Assembly (NCBI GenBank): GCA_963713975.1
Contig: OY970218.1
Coordinates: 2,528,001 to 2,592,000, forward strand
Length of the DNA stretch: 64,000 nt
From: an uncultured Chloroflexia bacterium
GTDB taxonomy: Bacteria > Chloroflexota > Limnocylindria > Limnocylindrales > CSP1-4
Direction: 5' to 3'
Positions 45,370 to 55,020 of the stretch are shown piece after piece. Below the pieces are notes generated by a model. The model worked only from the letters and a program-made list of their open reading frames with translations. It had not been told where the DNA came from and made no database searches. Position 1 is the first letter of the stretch; the number at the start of each line of letters is the position of its first letter. The position numbers were made by a program, and so were the translations under genes.

Positions 45370-46644
45370 ATGCCAGCCGCCAGTCGGCCGACGGTCCTGC
45401 TCCCCGGTGCGTTCGACACCAAGGGACGCGAGAACCTGTTCGTCCGCGATCTCCTCCTCGGGCTGGGTGTCGAGCCCGTCCTGATCGACTTCGGGATCCT
45501 GCGCGACCCGGAGTTCGAGCCCGACATCACGGCATCAGCCGTGGCGAAGGCTGCTGGGACCGACTTGGCGCAGCTTCGCGCCAGGCGCGATGTCCCGGGG
45601 GCTCGCTTCGAGGCGATCACCGCCATGCGCTCGGGGTTGATCCAGATCGTCACCGAGCTTCACCGGGGGGGTCGGGTTGACGGGATCCTCGGGCTTGGAG
45701 GTGGCGAGGGGTCGACCGTCATCAGCGGGGCCATGCGAGAGCTCCCGTACGGACTGCCGAAGCTCCTCGTGACGACGATGACGCCGTCGAACATCGGCGA
45801 CTACTTCGGCTTGCGGGACCTGAGCGTGATGTGGACGGTGACCGACATCGCGGGCCTGAACCCCATCCTCGAGAAGATCCTCATCAACGCGGCGCACGCG
45901 ATGGCCGGGATGGTGCTGGCGCCGCCGCCGCCGGAACGTGATCGAAAGCCATTGATCGCGATCTCGATGTTCGGCATCACCACAACGGGTGCGATGCGCA
46001 TCCAGCAACGGCTCGAGGAGGCGGGCCTGGCCACGATCGTGTTCCATGCCATCGGAAGTGGCGGTGCCGCGATGGAACAGATGATCAGCGAGGGCCTGAT
46101 CGACGGCGTGGTTGATTTCACGCCGAGTGAGATCAATGACGACCTCTACGGTGGCATCTTCTCTGCCGGTCCGACTCGCATGCTCGCGGCGGCGGACCGC
46201 GGCATCCCGCAGGTTGTGGTCCCGGGTTCGCTCACGCTCCTGACGTTCGGCGGCCAGGCCGACACCCCGCCGCAGTTCATTGCGCCCGGACGAACGTGGG
46301 TCGCCCACTCACCAAATGTCACCTGCGTCCGGGCCAATGAAGAGGAGACCGCGGCGATCACGCAGGTGCTGGTCGATCGAGTCGCGGCGTCGAAAGGCGC
46401 CGTCGAGGTCGTCCTTCCCCTCGGGGGCATCTCTGACTACGAGATGCCCGGGGGCCCCCTCGACCACCCGGGATCCGATCAGGTCCTCTATTCAACCCTG
46501 CGACAGGGTTTGCCCGCTCGCGTGCGCCTGATCGAGGACCCGCGCGACATCAACGCTCCCGAGTTCGCCGACCTGGTGGCCGAGCGATTCGTCACGTTGT
46601 TCGAGAAGCGCGAACGCCAGTCCACCCAGAACCAGATCGCCTGA
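45370..46644 (+). CDS. Tm-1-like ATP-binding domain protein (UPF0261)
   Basis: DTKGRE, LPYGLPKLLVTT, DIAGLN, SMFGITT, FHAIGSGGAAME and INAPEFA. Confidence 0.88.
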   Translation: MPAASRPTVLLPGAFDTKGRENLFVRDLLLGLGVEPVLIDFGILRDPEFEPDITASAVAKAAGTDLAQLRARRDVPGARFEAITAMRSGLIQIVTELHRGGRVDGILGLGGGEGSTVISGAMRELPYGLPKLLVTTMTPSNIGDYFGLRDLSVMWTVTDIAGLNPILEKILINAAHAMAGMVLAPPPPERDRKPLIAISMFGITTTGAMRIQQRLEEAGLATIVFHAIGSGGAAMEQMISEGLIDGVVDFTPSEINDDLYGGIFSAGPTRMLAAADRGIPQVVVPGSLTLLTFGGQADTPPQFIAPGRTWVAHSPNVTCVRANEEETAAITQVLVDRVAASKGAVEVVLPLGGISDYEMPGGPLDHPGSDQVLYSTLRQGLPARVRLIEDPRDINAPEFADLVAERFVTLFEKRERQSTQNQIA

Positions 46645-46660
46645 CAACCAGGAGTCATTC

Positions 46661-47497
46661 ATGAAGAGCAAGAGTGAGATTGTGGCTGACCTCCGCTCGA
46701 AAGCGGCGAGGTCGGAGTTCATCATCGGTGCGGGTGCGGGCATCGGGCTGTCGGCCAAGTGCGCTGTTGACGGGGGCGCCGACCTGGTGCTCGTGTTCAA
46801 CTCGGGCCGCTACCGGATGGCCGGGCGTGGATCGACCGCCGGATACCTGCCCTTCGGCGACGCCAACGCGATCGTGGCGGACATGGCTGGCGAGATCATC
46901 CCTATGTCCGGCGACGTCCCGGTCATCGCAGGCGTGTGCGGCACGGATCCCTTCAAGATCATGACCCACTACCTCGAGGACCTTGGTCACCGCGGCTACC
47001 AGGGTGTCCTGAACTTCCCGACCGTGGGCCTGATCGACGGCCTCTTCCGGCAGAGCCTCGAGGAGACGGGTCTCGGTTGGGACAACGAGGTCCGGATGAT
47101 CAAGACGGCTGCCGAGCTCGGGTTGCTGACCACCCCGTACGTCTTTACCCCAGAGGAGGGCGTCCAGATGGCGTCCGCCGGCGCCGACGTCGTCGTCGCC
47201 CACATGGGTGTAACGGTGAAGGGAACGATCGGCGCCAAGCAGTCGATGTCGCTCGGCGATGCCGCCAGCCGGTGCCAGGCGATCGCGGACGCCGTGCATG
47301 GCTCGCACCCCGATGTCCTCGTGATGTGCCACGGAGGGCCGATCGCCGAGCCTGGCGACGCGCAATACATCGCCGACCACACCACGGGCATCGTTGGTTT
47401 CTACGGCGCCAGCAGCACGGAGCGCATCCCGAGCGAGCGGGCGATGCTCGCCAAGATGCAGGAGTTCAAGGGCGTGACCGCAAGCCAGGCATCGTAG
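46661..47497 (+). CDS. Phosphoenolpyruvate-hydrolase family TIM-barrel protein, paralog 2
   Basis: GAGAGIGLSAK, NSGRYRMAGRGS, NFPTVGLIDG, CHGGPIAEP and GFYGASSTER. Confidence 0.9.
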   Translation: MKSKSEIVADLRSKAARSEFIIGAGAGIGLSAKCAVDGGADLVLVFNSGRYRMAGRGSTAGYLPFGDANAIVADMAGEIIPMSGDVPVIAGVCGTDPFKIMTHYLEDLGHRGYQGVLNFPTVGLIDGLFRQSLEETGLGWDNEVRMIKTAAELGLLTTPYVFTPEEGVQMASAGADVVVAHMGVTVKGTIGAKQSMSLGDAASRCQAIADAVHGSHPDVLVMCHGGPIAEPGDAQYIADHTTGIVGFYGASSTERIPSERAMLAKMQEFKGVTASQAS

Positions 47498-47530
47498 GGG
47501 ACGATCCGTCCTCCACGCCCGGCGGGCTGG

Positions 47531-48844
47531 TCACCAGTACCGCATCGCCCCGCGGAACAGGGCCGTGAGCAGCTTCCCGTTAACTTCGACCGGGGCCAGC
47601 TTGGTCACCCGGTGCTGGGGTAGCGTCGCTTCGACGAGGGCGGGGATGTCCGGCTCCGCATAGCCGACGTCCGCGAGGCCGTTCGGGATGCGCGCCTGGC
47701 GCATGAGCTCGATCACGCGCGCCGCGACGAGCTCACCTGACTCCCGGGCCGGGACGCCGGCGACCGAGGCGCCGAGCAGCTCGGCCGCCCGAAGGTGGCG
47801 CTCCGGGGACGCGGCTGCCGTGTGCCGGAAGACCGACGGGGCGTTGAGGATCACGGACATCCCGTGCGGGACTAGAGGGCGGGTGCGCGGGTAGTCGGGG
47901 GCGATGTACTCCTTCACCCCGCCCGAGACGGCATACGACATGCCGTGAGGCAGGTGGACACCGGCGTTCCCGAATCCGATGCCCGCCCAGGTCGCCGCCA
48001 GCGCCAGCTCGGTCCGAGCCGCAACATCCGACGGGCTGGCGATCACTCGCCCGAGAGCCCCCGGAAGCATGGACAGCGTGCGTTCCGCCCAGATATCGCT
48101 GAACGGGTTCGACCCCTGGTAGGCGGGCCGGGCGCTCGGCGTGTCCGGCCGGGGGCGGGTCGAGTATCGCCGGGCGGTATACGCCTCGAGGGCATGGCAC
48201 AGGATGTCGAAGGCAGACGATGCCGTGACCATGGGCGGCAGGGAAAGCGTGTTCAGCGGATCGATGATCGCAAGCGACGGGCGCAGCAGACGGTGGGAGA
48301 TCCCGGTCTTGGCGTGCATCGACTCGAGGTCGAAGATCGCGACACCCGTCGTTTCGCTGCCAGTCCCGGCGGTCGTCGGGATGGCGATCAGCGGGCGGAG
48401 CGGTCCGGGCGGCGGGACGCCATTGCCAATCGGCGGATTCACATAGGCGAGGAAGTCGTTCGGGTAGGTGGAGTACAGGTTGGCGGCTTTCGCGGTGTCC
48501 ATGACCGAGCCGCCGCCGATGGCGACGAACCCGTCGTACGTGGCAGCGCTTGCAGCCTCTGCCGCAAGCGCAAACGAGCGGTCCGTTGGCTCGATGGCGA
48601 CATCGACGAACAGATCCGTCTCGATCCCCGCAGATCGAAGCGACTCGAGGGCGTGGACCGCAGCCCCGGACTCAACGACTCGCGGGTCCGAGAACAGGAG
48701 GACCCGCTTGAGGCCAAGGTCATGGGCGTGGTCCCCGAGCTCATTCGTCGCGCCCGGACCAACCACGAGATTGGCGACACCGACGGAGAAGGCGACGTCA
48801 AAGGCTGTGGCTTCCTGACGTAGCTGCGGTTGCTCGGCACCCAT
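47531..48844 (-). CDS. Hydroxyacid-oxoacid transhydrogenase (Fe-ADH family, HOT/ADHFE1-like)
   Basis: GGGSVMDTAKAANL, PTTAGTGSETTG, RPAYQGSNP and GNAGVHLPHGMSY. Confidence 0.9.
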   Translation of the reverse strand: MGAEQPQLRQEATAFDVAFSVGVANLVVGPGATNELGDHAHDLGLKRVLLFSDPRVVESGAAVHALESLRSAGIETDLFVDVAIEPTDRSFALAAEAASAATYDGFVAIGGGSVMDTAKAANLYSTYPNDFLAYVNPPIGNGVPPPGPLRPLIAIPTTAGTGSETTGVAIFDLESMHAKTGISHRLLRPSLAIIDPLNTLSLPPMVTASSAFDILCHALEAYTARRYSTRPRPDTPSARPAYQGSNPFSDIWAERTLSMLPGALGRVIASPSDVAARTELALAATWAGIGFGNAGVHLPHGMSYAVSGGVKEYIAPDYPRTRPLVPHGMSVILNAPSVFRHTAAASPERHLRAAELLGASVAGVPARESGELVAARVIELMRQARIPNGLADVGYAEPDIPALVEATLPQHRVTKLAPVEVNGKLLTALFRGAMRYW

Positions 48845-49086
48845 GGAAACTCCCGATGGTCGCCCGGACAGCTGGCTGTGCAGCGTCCCGCGCCCGATCA
48901 GATCCGGGCGGAGTGGCGATACCGGGCGAAGGAATTGTACAGGCCCGATCGCTCGCCGCAAGGATCACTGCGCACCGAGTGCCGGCACCGCGGCGAGTTG
49001 CGCTTCGCCGGAGATGCCGTCCGCCACCCTCAGAACCACGTCATCTGGCGGTCCGCCCTCAGGCAGACCCCAACATGTCGGGGAGT

Positions 49087-49161
49087 TGGCTGGCGCGCCA
49101 GGATTCGAACCTGGAACCCCCTGATCCAGAGTCAGGTGCCATACCGTTAGGCCACGCGCCA
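49087..49161 (-). tRNA. tRNA-Gln(CUG)
   Basis: 75-nt cloverleaf TGGCGCG...CCTGA-CTCTGGA-TCAGG...GGTTCGAATCC...CGCGCCA-G-CCA; U1-A72 pair. Confidence 0.95.
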
Positions 49162-49414
49162 GCGACCGCCCGGAATGGTACCGCAAGTCCACGAGAGGGG
49201 GCTACCCGCAGGCTCCGCCGCGGGACCGGTGTCGCGCTGGAGTGGGCGCGGCCCGGTCCATCCAGCCCGTGGCGATGCGCCCGATGGCCCTGTGGGCCGG
49301 CACGTGACTCCCCGCAAGGTCGCGGGCAGCCCTGCCGTCGCCGCGGCCGCCCAAGTCCGTGGCCAGGCAGATGATCAAGGAGCCCTGTTGCCCGCTGCCA
49401 TCGGCCCGCGGATC

Positions 49415-50524
49415 GTGGCGCCGCAGCCCGCCCATAGATTCGGACCGGGACGGCCGATCGCCCTCCTCGTCGCCATGCTGCTTGTCGGGATGCTTGCGCT
49501 GCCCGGGCTCGCGCAGGGGGGCGCCGGTCCGAAGGTCGTCGTGATCGTGGGGCCTGTCGCCGCGCACAACGCCAGCTACAAGGCGGAGGCGAACGAGGTC
49601 GTCGCCGAGGCGCGCAAGCACACCTCCAACGTCGTCGTCCTGTACACGCCGAGGGCGACCTGGTCGAGGGTGAAGCAGGCTGCCGCGGGGGCCTCCGTGC
49701 TTGTCTACTTCGGGCACGGGTGGGGTTATCCGTCGCGATACGGTCCGTTCAACCCGCTCAAGATGAACGGCATGGCGCTCGACCCCGCGTCGGGTGCCGA
49801 TGGTCGTCGTCGCGTGTACTACGGCGAGAGCCTGGTCAGGACCTCGATCCGCCTCGCGCCCGACGCCGCGGTCCTGCTCTTCCACCTGTGCTACGCGTCG
49901 GGCAACACCGAGCCCGGCCTGTCTGAGGGCACCACCGCGCAGTCCAGGCGCCGTGTCGACAATTTCGGGGCAGGATGGCTCCGCGCCGGCGCGGGGATCG
50001 TCCTCGCCGACGGCCACCCCAAGGCGCCGGGCAGCTACATCCGCCAGCTGTTCACGAAGGATCGCACCGCCTGGGAGATGTTCAAGGCGGCTCCGGACTA
50101 TCACGGGCACGCCGCCGGGACCTACGCATCGGCGCGAACGCCCGACGCCCGATACGCGATGGATCCGGACCGCGGCGGCTCGAACCCGAGGGGGTTCTAC
50201 CGCTCGATCATCGGAAACCTGTCCCTGCGGACGACGACCATCACCGGGCGGGTCGGGCCCGAGTCGCCCAGCCCCAGCGACCCTGGGTCGCCCGGCCCCG
50301 ATGACTCGGCTTCGCCGTCCCTGGAGCCCACCCCGGAGCCGACGCCTGAACCGACCCCTGCGCCGACCGCCGAGCCCACTGCAGAGCCGACGGCTGAGCC
50401 ACCCGAGGCGCCCACCGCCGAGCCCACCCCTGCGCCGACCGCCGAGCCCACCGCCGAGCCCACCGCCGAGCCCACCCCTGAGCCGTCCCCGGCGCCGACC
50501 GCGGAGCCCACCGGCGAGCCGTAG
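49415..50524 (+). CDS. Secreted protein with possible caspase/gingipain-fold domain and C-terminal (A/P)EPT repeats; start uncertain
   Basis: Signal peptide, VYFGHG and HLCYASG; PT-repeat tail. Confidence 0.65.
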   Translation: MAPQPAHRFGPGRPIALLVAMLLVGMLALPGLAQGGAGPKVVVIVGPVAAHNASYKAEANEVVAEARKHTSNVVVLYTPRATWSRVKQAAAGASVLVYFGHGWGYPSRYGPFNPLKMNGMALDPASGADGRRRVYYGESLVRTSIRLAPDAAVLLFHLCYASGNTEPGLSEGTTAQSRRRVDNFGAGWLRAGAGIVLADGHPKAPGSYIRQLFTKDRTAWEMFKAAPDYHGHAAGTYASARTPDARYAMDPDRGGSNPRGFYRSIIGNLSLRTTTITGRVGPESPSPSDPGSPGPDDSASPSLEPTPEPTPEPTPAPTAEPTAEPTAEPPEAPTAEPTPAPTAEPTAEPTAEPTPEPSPAPTAEPTGEP

Positions 50525-50535
50525 CCGATGGGCCG

Positions 50536-50964
50536 TCAGCGCGGCTGCGTGACCCGGAAGCCTTCGCGCTCGGCGGCCCGCGCGAGCCGTTCATCCAGCG
50601 TCACCAATGGCAACGTGCCCGGGTCGCCGTCCGCAGCGGCAATGGCAGCTGCGAGTTGTAGGGCATCGGCCGCCCGGAGCGGGTGAGTCCGGACGAGGCG
50701 TTCCGCGGTCCGGCGCACGCGGGTGGTGGGTTGGAGCTCCTCCCACGCCGAGCTGAGAGCCGCCAGCCGTTCCAGAGCGGTGCCGATGAGACGGGCGTCG
50801 CTGTTGCCCTGGCGCTCGCGGCGTGCCACGGCCGAGACGCACTCAACGACCGTGCTCCACCAGACCACCATCACGGGATCAAGCTCGTACTCCGCCGTGG
50901 TCGCCCGGGTACCGTCCTCGTCCACGAGCAAGGGGACGATGGCGGAGGTATCCCAGAACCTCAC
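50536..50964 (-). CDS. vapC: VapC PIN-domain toxin
   Basis: FWDTSAIV, LRAADALQLA and VTLDERL. Confidence 0.9.
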   Translation of the reverse strand: MRFWDTSAIVPLLVDEDGTRATTAEYELDPVMVVWWSTVVECVSAVARRERQGNSDARLIGTALERLAALSSAWEELQPTTRVRRTAERLVRTHPLRAADALQLAAAIAAADGDPGTLPLVTLDERLARAAEREGFRVTQPR

Positions 50965-51257
50965 CAGCCCGACCTGCGCTCCTCGAGGACCGCGTCCACG
51001 AGGCTGGGGCCGTCACCGCGCAGCCGCGGCCCAGGTGTCCGGATCATCTCGACCGGGGGTTTCCCAGTCCCTCGGCGGATGATCCCGGCCCGCTCCAGGC
51101 GGAGCAGCCGATCCTCGACGTCGACGCGGTCCGCAACAGGCTCGATCACGGCGACGGGGACGCCACGATCGGTGACAACGACCGATTCGCCCGCCTTGAC
51201 ACGATCGAGGATCGCGGACAGGCCGTTCTTGACCTCGGTGATGGTGGCTGTGATCAT
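50961..51257 (-). CDS. Phd/YefM family antitoxin
   Basis: TITEVKNGLSAILDRVKAGESVVVTDRGVPVA; overlaps the toxin start. Confidence 0.9.
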   Translation of the reverse strand: MITATITEVKNGLSAILDRVKAGESVVVTDRGVPVAVIEPVADRVDVEDRLLRLERAGIIRRGTGKPPVEMIRTPGPRLRGDGPSLVDAVLEERRSGW

Positions 51258-51292
51258 CTGGCTAGAATGGCCAGATCGAATTGGCCTGTCAA
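51258..51292 (-). promoter_or_regulatory. Sigma70 promoter for a leaderless TA mRNA with overlapping operator palindrome
   Basis: TTGACA-N17-CATTCT-N6-ATG; inverted repeat ctggc(t/c)a spans the -10. Confidence 0.75.
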
Positions 51293-51331
51293 GGCCAGTC
51301 CGGCGCCTGCCCGGGTCTGCCGGCCTCGTGC

Positions 51332-52483
51332 TCAGGCCGCCCCGGCGCCCGTCCGCGCGGGGACCGCGTGGATGCCCCGACGCGCTGCCCGGGCGGCGCC
51401 GTCCGCGAGCGCATCGACCAGTGCCGTGCCGAGCTGGCCCCACTCGGTGAGGAACGCGTCGTGCCCCTTGACCGAGTCGAGCTCCCGGTACGTGGCATCC
51501 ACGCCGGCCGCGGTGGCATCGGCGACCAGTGCCCGGACCTGGGTGGGGCCGTACAGGATGTCGCCTTCAATGCCCAGGCCGGTGAGTCCCATCTCGGTGG
51601 TCGCGAGTGCGCCGAACGCCTCGAGGATCCCGCCCCGGCCCCGGCCCACGTCGTGGCCGTCCATGACCCGGACGAGGACGCGGTAGGTCTCGGCGTCGAA
51701 CCGGTCCGTCAGCTTGGCGCCCTGGTGGTCGAGGTACGAGTTGACCGCGAAGCGCCCGTCCGCCTGGATGGAGCGGCCGAACCGGGCGTCGAAGTCGGCT
51801 TCGGAGCGGTAGGTGGTCATGGCCAGCTGGCGGGCGATCGCGAGACCCTCCTCGCCCAGCCGGTCCAGGATCTCCAGCTGGATGTGGTTCCAGGCGATGG
51901 CGAGGCCCCCGGTCGCCGCCGGCGCCGCGACCGGCATGACGTGGTCCACGCCGTCCGGTCGCTCAAGGGCGACCTCGAGCGAGATCATGCCGCCCAGGGA
52001 GCCGCCCGCGACCAGCGCGAACCGCCCGATGCCCAACCGGTCCGCGAGCGCCCACAGGATGCGAGCCTCGTCGCGAGCGGTGGGCTGGGGGAAGGCCGCC
52101 CCATACGGCTCGCCGGTATCCGGGTCCAGCGAGGTGGGTCCCGTGGATCCGTACCGGCCGCCGAGCAGGTTCGCGCACAGGACGCCAACGCGGTTGGTGT
52201 CGAGTGCCCGTCCGGGACCGATGACCGGCGCCCACCAATCGCCGGCCGCGTCGGCCGATCCGGTGAGCGCATGGACGACGAGTACCTGCGGCGCGTCCGG
52301 TCCGGGGCCGTCGTGCCGGTACGCGATGGTCACCGGGATGGTCGAGCCTTCTTCCAGGCTCACCGGCCCGAGGTCGGCGGCCTCGAGCCGCCCGGTCCCC
52401 AAGGGGAGGCGGGCGGCCTGGTTCACGGTTCCGGGCCCCGGGAGGGTTCCGTCTCCCGGGGCGTTCTCCTGGTCTGGCGCCAT
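51332..52483 (-). CDS. metX: Homoserine O-acetyltransferase
   Basis: HALTG, GGSLGGM, MTTYRS and KGHDAFL. Confidence 0.92.
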   Translation of the reverse strand: MAPDQENAPGDGTLPGPGTVNQAARLPLGTGRLEAADLGPVSLEEGSTIPVTIAYRHDGPGPDAPQVLVVHALTGSADAAGDWWAPVIGPGRALDTNRVGVLCANLLGGRYGSTGPTSLDPDTGEPYGAAFPQPTARDEARILWALADRLGIGRFALVAGGSLGGMISLEVALERPDGVDHVMPVAAPAATGGLAIAWNHIQLEILDRLGEEGLAIARQLAMTTYRSEADFDARFGRSIQADGRFAVNSYLDHQGAKLTDRFDAETYRVLVRVMDGHDVGRGRGGILEAFGALATTEMGLTGLGIEGDILYGPTQVRALVADATAAGVDATYRELDSVKGHDAFLTEWGQLGTALVDALADGAARAARRGIHAVPARTGAGAA

Positions 52484-52491
52484 GGCGGGGC

Positions 52492-53898
<1,407 letters not shown>

Positions 53899-53920
53899 CT
53901 ACCCGTCGCTTGTGCCGGAG

Positions 53921-53954
53921 AACAACAAAGCCGCGAACCGTCCTGGTTCGCGGC
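53921..53954 (-). terminator. Intrinsic terminator in the metY leader (attenuator)
   Basis: GCCGCGAACC-AGGAC-GGTTCGCGGC followed by TTTGTTGTT on the minus strand. Confidence 0.8.
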
Positions 53955-53998
53955 CCCGGGACCTCGGCTCCGAGATCCCCGCTGTCACTCGCTGAAGG

Positions 53999-54097
53999 TC
54001 AGCGCGCGGAGTCTCGGCGCCCGTCCTCCGAACGACGGGGCCGCCCACGCATGCACATCAGCCAGGAGACGGTGGTGTGGCTCATCAGGCTGCGCAT
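53999..54097 (-). CDS. Putative Met/Cys leader peptide MRSLMSHTTVSWLMCMRGRPRRSEDGRRDSAR
   Basis: Short ORF with ATG-TGC-ATG just upstream of the terminator; alternative start at 54085. Confidence 0.65.
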   Translation of the reverse strand: MRSLMSHTTVSWLMCMRGRPRRSEDGRRDSAR

Positions 54098-54202
54098 GGT
54101 GGGGGAGCGGCCCGGCCTTCGTCAAGTCAAGCCGGGCGCCGCAACCGAAACACAACCTCACGGCGGGTCCGAACGCAGGAACGCGTCCGCGGCGTGACGA
54201 GA

Positions 54203-54228
54203 AGGGCCCGCCGTCGCCGGCGGGCCCT
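54203..54228 (-). terminator. Terminator after secreted paralog 2
   Basis: agggcccgcc...ggcgggccct hairpin followed by TCTC on the minus strand. Confidence 0.65.
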
Positions 54229-54249
54229 GTTGAGCGAGGGAGGTGGAGG

Positions 54250-54834
54250 TCAGCCGCTGGTGCCGGCCGACGGGGCGGGTGTTGCGTTCGGGTTCGTGCC
54301 GTCGGGAGCCGTGCCGTCCCAGTCGCCGCCCGGGCCGCCGCGGAAGCCGCCGTGACCACGGCCGCCGCCCATGAGGCCGCGCCCGATGGCCTGGAGCTCG
54401 TCGGTCGTGATCTTGCCGTCGTCCATCACCCCGGTCATCGCGCGGAGCCGGCTGTCGGCGGGGAGCTGGTTGAACTCGTCCTGGGTGATCACGCCGTCGG
54501 CGAGGAAGCCCTGGAGCTGGGTGCGCTCGGCGTCGCGCGCCGCGCGCTGGGCTGTGCGCTCGGCGACGAGTGCGTCGACGATGGCGGTCTTCTGCGCCTC
54601 GGTGATGGTTCCCTTGGCGACGAGGTCGTCGAGGACCGTGGACAGCTGGGTGTCCTCGAAGTCGGGCTTGACGTTGGTCCCGGCAGCCGGGTCCGGGGTT
54701 GCCGACGGGGCGGCGGGATCTGCGACGGTGGTCGCCGCGGAACCGTCGCCCGACGTCGCCAGGACCGCGCCGGTCGCCCCGACGAGGAGCACGCCGGCGA
54801 GCGGGATGCCGATGACGTTTCTGGTGAGCTTCAC
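54250..54834 (-). CDS. Secreted hypothetical helical protein, paralog 2
   Basis: GGAGG RBS, signal peptide, LVAKGTIT, FLADGVITQDEF and DDGKITTDEL repeats, and a Gly-rich tail. Confidence 0.75.
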   Translation of the reverse strand: MKLTRNVIGIPLAGVLLVGATGAVLATSGDGSAATTVADPAAPSATPDPAAGTNVKPDFEDTQLSTVLDDLVAKGTITEAQKTAIVDALVAERTAQRAARDAERTQLQGFLADGVITQDEFNQLPADSRLRAMTGVMDDGKITTDELQAIGRGLMGGGRGHGGFRGGPGGDWDGTAPDGTNPNATPAPSAGTSG

Positions 54835-54921
54835 GATTGCCTCCGGGGTGGGGACGCGTCGTCCGACGCGCCTGGATTGACCCCAGCGTCACTGCGCCGG
54901 CTGAACGCTCGCCATGCAGCG

Positions 54922-54939
54922 GCTGTGAACTGGCTGTGA
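54922..54939 (-). promoter_or_regulatory. OmpR/PhoP-type direct-repeat box TCACAGC-N4-TCACAGC
   Basis: Perfect 7-bp direct repeat with 11-bp period upstream of paralog 2. Confidence 0.7.
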
Positions 54940-54971
54940 CCCCGAGGCGCACCCCCCGGCGCCCACGAAGA

Positions 54972-54995
54972 AGGCCCGCCGTTGCCGGCGGGCCT
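54972..54995 (-). terminator. Terminator after secreted paralog 1
   Basis: aggcccgcc...ggcgggcct hairpin plus TCTT; near-copy of 54203-54228. Confidence 0.65.
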
Positions 54996-55020
54996 CTTGG
55001 GGGATCGTTCGCGTTGGGGG

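Noticed and set aside
50320-50521. Short tandem repeats resembling an array
   Set aside because: In-frame 12-bp (A/P)EPT coding repeats with no unique spacers; not CRISPR.
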